Below, in pieces: positions 59,676-64,000 of a stretch of DNA of 64,000 nt; position 1 is the first letter of the stretch, and every line of letters starts with the position of its first letter. Position numbers and translations under genes: made by a program. This stretch comes from Pseudomonadota bacterium. Lineage in GTDB: Bacteria > Pseudomonadota > Alphaproteobacteria > Sphingomonadales > SMXR01. Under the pieces are notes generated by a model. That model saw only the letters and a list, made by a program, of their open reading frames with translations. It did not search any database and was not told the DNA's origin. The stretch is taken from the NCBI GenBank assembly GCA_022566215.1, contig JADFJJ010000002.1, positions 19,372 through 83,371 on the forward strand. The letters are read 5' to 3'.

Positions 59676-60974
59676 ATGGGCAATGGGGGCGCCTTGAAGA
59701 AAAAACCTGGAAAAATTGCCGTAATTGGTTTGGGTTATGTCGGGCTGCCCCTGGCGGTAGCCTTGGCGGAGCATTTTCCAACCGTTGGTTATGACATTGA
59801 CAAGGAGCGCATCAAAACGCTTAACGCAGGTCATGACTGGACCAACGAGGTTACCGATAAGGATCTGAAAAAAAGCCCCCTTAAATTTTCGGCCGTCAAG
59901 GACATCCTTAAAGGGGCGGATGTCTTTATTATTACCACGCCAACGCCGATTGGCACTAACCATCAGCCCGATCTGGGGCCGGTGCTGTCAGCCTGCAAAA
60001 GTATTGCCCGGTATTTAAGCAAGGGCGCAGTGGTTATTCTGGAAAGCACTGTCTATCCGGGAGTGACGGAAATGAAGTGCGGACCGGAACTTGAAAGCGG
60101 AACCTCTTTAAGATGCGGAGAGGATTTTTTTCTCGGGTATTCTCCAGAACGCACCAATCCTGGCGACAAGATCCACACCATCCACAAAATCACCAAGGTG
60201 ATCGCCGGCCAGACTGAAGCTGTGACTGATTTAATGGAAGTAATTTACGGCGCCATCACACATGGGAATGTTTTCAGGGCCAAAAACATTAAGGCGGCTG
60301 AGGCCTCGAAAGTGATTGAAAATGCCCAGCGCGACCTGAACATCGCTTTTATCAATGAGGCTGCGATTATCTTCAACCAGGCGGGTTTTTCAATTTACGA
60401 CGTTTTGGATGCAGCCAAGACCAAATGGAATTTTCTGGATTTCAAGCCGGGCCTTGTGGGCGGACATTGTATCGGGATTGATCCTTATTATCTTGCCCAT
60501 TTTGCTGAAGAGGTGGGTTTTGAGGCCGACCTGATTTTAACGGCGCGCCGCACCAATGACGCGATGGCGGGCTTTATAGCTGGTGATATTTCAAAAAAAT
60601 TGAAACATGGAAGCCGGGTTTTAATACTGGGTTTGACGTTCAAGGAAGACGTTCCGGATCTTCGCAACTCACGCGCCGTAGATCTGATCTGGGCCCTGAA
60701 GGAACGGGGCCTTAACGTGGATGTATATGACCCGATTGCGGACCCCGAAGAGGTTCATCGAGAATACGGCATACGCCTGGTTGACAGTCTTACCATCAAG
60801 AATGCTGCCGACCGGTATGATGCCGTGGTTGGAACGGTTTCCCACCGGGCATTTCGCAAACTGAAAGCGAAGGAATTAGAGGGGCTGCTTAAAAAAGACG
60901 GATTGGTTGGAGACATCAAGGGCATCTGGCGCGGCCTTGAATTCTCCAAGGGTATCCGGCGCTGGTGTTTGTAG
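59676..60974 (+). CDS. nucleotide-sugar dehydrogenase (TviB/WbpO/UDP-N-acetyl-hexosamine dehydrogenase-like)
   Basis: Rossmann motif KIAVIGLGYVGLPLA, catalytic Cys in LVGGHCIGIDPYY and a C-terminal UDP-binding domain. Start chosen at ATG 59676. Confidence 0.85.
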   Translation: MGNGGALKKKPGKIAVIGLGYVGLPLAVALAEHFPTVGYDIDKERIKTLNAGHDWTNEVTDKDLKKSPLKFSAVKDILKGADVFIITTPTPIGTNHQPDLGPVLSACKSIARYLSKGAVVILESTVYPGVTEMKCGPELESGTSLRCGEDFFLGYSPERTNPGDKIHTIHKITKVIAGQTEAVTDLMEVIYGAITHGNVFRAKNIKAAEASKVIENAQRDLNIAFINEAAIIFNQAGFSIYDVLDAAKTKWNFLDFKPGLVGGHCIGIDPYYLAHFAEEVGFEADLILTARRTNDAMAGFIAGDISKKLKHGSRVLILGLTFKEDVPDLRNSRAVDLIWALKERGLNVDVYDPIADPEEVHREYGIRLVDSLTIKNAADRYDAVVGTVSHRAFRKLKAKELEGLLKKDGLVGDIKGIWRGLEFSKGIRRWCL

Positions 60975-61053
60975 GAACAAAGGTTTCAATTCATCGGATT
61001 TACTTGAAAAATCGTTGACACATTCGGGCTTTGAGGGCTAATTGACGCCACAG

Positions 61054-61077
61054 CCAAGGAACTGACCTTGGTTTTTT
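61054..61077 (+). terminator. Rho-independent terminator after the sugar dehydrogenase gene
   Basis: CCAAGG-AACTGA-CCTTGG followed by TTTTTT. Confidence 0.55.
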
Positions 61078-61115
61078 AATGTTAACTCCTAAATAAAGCA
61101 CGTTGCCGGAATGAA

Positions 61116-61934
61116 ATGAACATCGGGATAGATCATCAAATGTCTGATTTGGACCAGCTGGAAAGCAAAAGCATCTATATCCTGCGTGAGGCTTTTCACT
61201 CCTTTGAAAAGCTGGGTTTGCTGTGGTCTTTGGGCAAGGATTCCAATGTTATGATCTGGCTGTGCCGGAAGGCTTTTTTTGGTTACATTCCATTCCCATG
61301 CGTTCATGTCGATACCGGTAAGAAATTCAAGGAAATGTACGATTTTCGGGACAAATATTCCAAGGAGTGGAACCTGAAAATGATCACCGGAAATTGTCCT
61401 CCCGTAGAGGAGATGGACGCCTCCTTTCCGCCCGCCGCCCGCTCGGCAGCCCGGAAAACCGCAGGGTTGAAGGCGCTGGTTGAACGCGAGGGCTTCACCG
61501 GCCTGATTGCCGGCATCCGGCGTGATGAGGAAGGGACCCGGTCCAAGGAACGGGTGTTCAGCCCCCGGGGCAAGACCGGTCGGTGGAATTCATCCGACCA
61601 GCCGCCGGAGTTTTGGGATCAGTTCAATTCCGATTTTCCGCCCGGCTGCCATGTCCGCATCCATCCGCTGCTGCACTGGACCGAAAAGGATATCTGGCGT
61701 TATACGTTGCGGGAAAAAATTCCGGTAATCCCGCTTTACTTCTCTAAGGGGGGGAAACGTTACCGCTCGCTCGGCGATGAGGATATTACCAGCCCGGTTA
61801 AAAGCAACGCCAAAACTATTCCGGAGATAATCAAGGAACTTGAGACCACCAGGGTGGCCGAACGTTCCGGCCGGGCGATGGATCATGAGGGCGAAGATGT
61901 GTTCGAGCGGCTTCGCGCCGAAGGGTACATGTAA
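61116..61934 (+). CDS. cysD: sulfate adenylyltransferase subunit 2 (CysD/NodP)
   Basis: 272 aa. [13 protein letters not shown], the PP-loop [11 protein letters not shown] and a C-terminal RAEGYM are CysD-like. An alternative start is ATG 61140. Confidence 0.92.
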   Translation: MNIGIDHQMSDLDQLESKSIYILREAFHSFEKLGLLWSLGKDSNVMIWLCRKAFFGYIPFPCVHVDTGKKFKEMYDFRDKYSKEWNLKMITGNCPPVEEMDASFPPAARSAARKTAGLKALVEREGFTGLIAGIRRDEEGTRSKERVFSPRGKTGRWNSSDQPPEFWDQFNSDFPPGCHVRIHPLLHWTEKDIWRYTLREKIPVIPLYFSKGGKRYRSLGDEDITSPVKSNAKTIPEIIKELETTRVAERSGRAMDHEGEDVFERLRAEGYM

Positions 61935-61950
61935 GAGGATTTTCAGCGGA

Positions 61951-63843
61951 ATGCGCGAAAAGCTTAATATTGTCATAGTCGGCCACGTGGACCACGGTAA
62001 ATCAACCCTGGTGGGGCGCCTGTTTCACGACACCAATTCCCTGCCTGAGGGCAAGTTCGAAGCTATCAAGGTGATGTGCGAAAAGCGTGGAATGCCTTTT
62101 GAGTGGGCTTTTTTGATGGACGCACTCCAGGCCGAACGTGATCAGGGCATCACCATTGATACCTGCCAGATCTGGTTTCATTCAAAAAAGCGTGATTATG
62201 TCATTATCGATGCTCCCGGCCACAAGGAATTTCTGAAGAACATGGTCACCGGGGCGGCAGCCAGTGAAGCTGCTCTTTTGGTGATAGACGCCGATGAGGG
62301 AATGCAGGAACAATCCCGCCGTCACGGGTATCTGTTGCATCTGCTGGGTATTCGGCAGGTGGCGGTGGTCGTCAACAAGATGGACAAGGTCAAGTTCAGC
62401 GAGAAACGGTTTAACAAGGTCAAGACGGACTGCGTTGCATATCTTGAAAGCATTGGTATCACGGCGTCTGAGATTATTCCTGTGTCGGCGCGGGATGGGG
62501 ATAATATCGTCAAGCGCTCGGCCAAGATGAGGTGGTACCAGGGTCCGATGGTGGTGGAAGCGCTGGACGGCTTCCAGGTTCCGGTTCCTGCCGCCGACCA
62601 GCCGCTTCGGTTCCCAGTGCAGGACGTTTACAAATTTGATGACCGGCGCATTATTGTCGGCCGTATTGAAGCTGGCACGCTGAAAGTAGGCGATGAGCTA
62701 ATTTTTTCGCCGTCCAACAAAAAGGCGCGGGTAAAATCCATCGAGGCCTGGTCAGTGTCCGAACAGCCCTCAGAAGCGCACGTCGGCCAATCCATCGGGA
62801 TCACGCTCGATGAACAGCTGTTCATCGAGCGTGGGCATATCGCCAGTAACGGGGACGCGCCGCCGATTGAAACGGACGTTTTCCGTGCGCGCATTTTCTG
62901 GCTTGGCAAAAAACCCCTGAAGGAAGGCAACGAGTACAAGCTGAAACTGGGACCGATGGAATGCCGGGTCAGAGTGCAGAGTGTTGAGAGCGAGATCAGC
63001 ACCCAGGATTTGAAATCCTCCAAGTCCGAAGCCATCGAGCGCCATAATGTGGGAGAGGTGATTTTCAGGACCCCCAAAATTATCGCCCTGGACGAGTTTG
63101 TCAACAACCCCCGGACCGGGCGGTTTGTCCTGGTCGATGGCTATGAAATCGCCGGCGGTGGGATTATCTCAATGGAAGGGTACGCCGACCAGCGCGATTT
63201 GATCACCCAGCAAAGCACCAACATCACCAAGGTCAAACACGGTATTCGCGCCCTTGACCGGGAAATGCGCAACAACCATCTGGGCGGCGTTCTTTGGTTC
63301 ACTGGTCTGTCCGGAGCCGGGAAATCCACCTTGGCGGTGGAAGTTGAACGCCAGCTCTATAAAAAGGGCTATCAGGCCTATGTCCTGGACGGGGACAATA
63401 TTCGCCAGGGCCTGAATGCCAATCTTGGCTTTTCGCCGGAGGACCGCGCTGAGAACATCAGAAGGGTGGGTGAAGTGGCTGCCCTTTTCAGCCGTTCGGG
63501 GGTGATTGCCATTACCGCCTTTATCTCCCCCTACCGGTCTGACCGGGAGCGTGCGCGCCGGGCGGCGATTGGTTATTTCCACGAAATCTTTATCAAGGCC
63601 GATTTGGAAATCTGTGAGAAGCGTGATCCCAAGGGTCTTTACAAAAAAGCCCGCACAGGAGAAATTAAGGAATTTACCGGCATTTCTGCTCCCTATGAAG
63701 CCCCGGAAACACCTGAGCTGGTGATAGACACCACAGATAGCACAGTGCAGGAGTGTGTTAATAAAATCCTGGATTATGTGGTAGAAAACCTTGGCGCCCG
63801 GGCCGTGCGGGAAAAAAGAGTGCGGGTTGAAGGCGCTGAATAA
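61951..63843 (+). CDS. cysNC: bifunctional sulfate adenylyltransferase subunit 1 / adenylylsulfate kinase (CysNC/NodQ-type)
   Basis: N-terminal GTPase ([20 protein letters not shown]). C-terminal APS kinase with P-loop [11 protein letters not shown] and FISPY. Start at ATG 61951. Confidence 0.94.
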   Translation: MREKLNIVIVGHVDHGKSTLVGRLFHDTNSLPEGKFEAIKVMCEKRGMPFEWAFLMDALQAERDQGITIDTCQIWFHSKKRDYVIIDAPGHKEFLKNMVTGAAASEAALLVIDADEGMQEQSRRHGYLLHLLGIRQVAVVVNKMDKVKFSEKRFNKVKTDCVAYLESIGITASEIIPVSARDGDNIVKRSAKMRWYQGPMVVEALDGFQVPVPAADQPLRFPVQDVYKFDDRRIIVGRIEAGTLKVGDELIFSPSNKKARVKSIEAWSVSEQPSEAHVGQSIGITLDEQLFIERGHIASNGDAPPIETDVFRARIFWLGKKPLKEGNEYKLKLGPMECRVRVQSVESEISTQDLKSSKSEAIERHNVGEVIFRTPKIIALDEFVNNPRTGRFVLVDGYEIAGGGIISMEGYADQRDLITQQSTNITKVKHGIRALDREMRNNHLGGVLWFTGLSGAGKSTLAVEVERQLYKKGYQAYVLDGDNIRQGLNANLGFSPEDRAENIRRVGEVAALFSRSGVIAITAFISPYRSDRERARRAAIGYFHEIFIKADLEICEKRDPKGLYKKARTGEIKEFTGISAPYEAPETPELVIDTTDSTVQECVNKILDYVVENLGARAVREKRVRVEGAE

Positions 63844-63849
63844 GCCGGG

Positions 63850-64000
63850 TCAGATTTTGGACAGCTGCAATTGCAGAACGTTGATGCTGCCCCCGCGAAA
63901 GCCCCCCTCACAATACGCCAGATAATACGTCCAGATTTTCCTGAAGTTTTCGTCAAAGTCCTCCGGCAGGCGGCCCTTGTCGTAGGCCTCTTCAAACCGT
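63850..64000 (-). CDS. cyclopropane-fatty-acyl-phospholipid synthase family, C-terminal fragment (gene continues beyond the window)
   Basis: The minus-strand frame ending at TGA (63850-63852) reads ...FRKIWTYYLAYCEGGFRGGSINVLQLQLSKI*. This matches the conserved CFA-synthase C-terminus (W.YYL.YCE.GF). Confidence 0.6.
   Translation of the reverse strand, partial: RFEEAYDKGRLPEDFDENFRKIWTYYLAYCEGGFRGGSINVLQLQLSKI

Noticed and set aside
63774-63995. 73-aa minus-strand ORF at the window edge
   Set aside because: Wrong frame. A different minus-strand frame ending at 63850 gives the conserved CFA-synthase C-terminus, while this frame is Arg/Ala/Thr-rich noise.

Overview
The window looks like a core chromosomal segment of an alphaproteobacterium. 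G+C is a little over 50% by eye. Lineage markers are GcrA, a class I LysRS, a mitofilin-like gene in a hemC-hemD-hemY cluster, and a DUF1674/SDHAF4-like mini-protein.

It opens with the partition locus mnmG-rsmG-parA-parB, which carries two perfect parS palindromes. Housekeeping genes follow: holA-lptE-leuS, ftsK, lolA, ubiH-like, purH, rpe, rsmB, acs, gpsA, tsaD, hemCD, trkH, argD, gcrA, a complete Rrf2-sufBCDS-sufT-sufA operon, lysK, adaA/ogt and cysD-cysNC. There are three tRNA genes: Gly-GCC, Thr-CGU and Gly-CCC.

I saw no CRISPR array, transposase, integrase or rRNA.

The one clearly accessory stretch is a ~1.4 kb AT-rich islet just downstream of tRNA-Gly(GCC), at about 19150-20585. It holds a 328-aa orphan protein whose C-terminal helical domain carries an R-N-x-x-x-H (HEPN RNase-type) motif. 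Upstream sits an unannotated 36-aa very basic ORF with a strong Shine-Dalgarno, inside a leader dense in GANTC sites. I rank this as the best candidate for a novel stand-alone toxin or defence module.

Secondary points of interest are a module of a 4-EF-hand protein with an ECF sigma, anti-sigma and periplasmic sensor, the mitofilin-like gene, and a NodPQ-like PAPS module beside a UDP-sugar dehydrogenase.

All calls rest on motifs and synteny read by eye. No searches were run.
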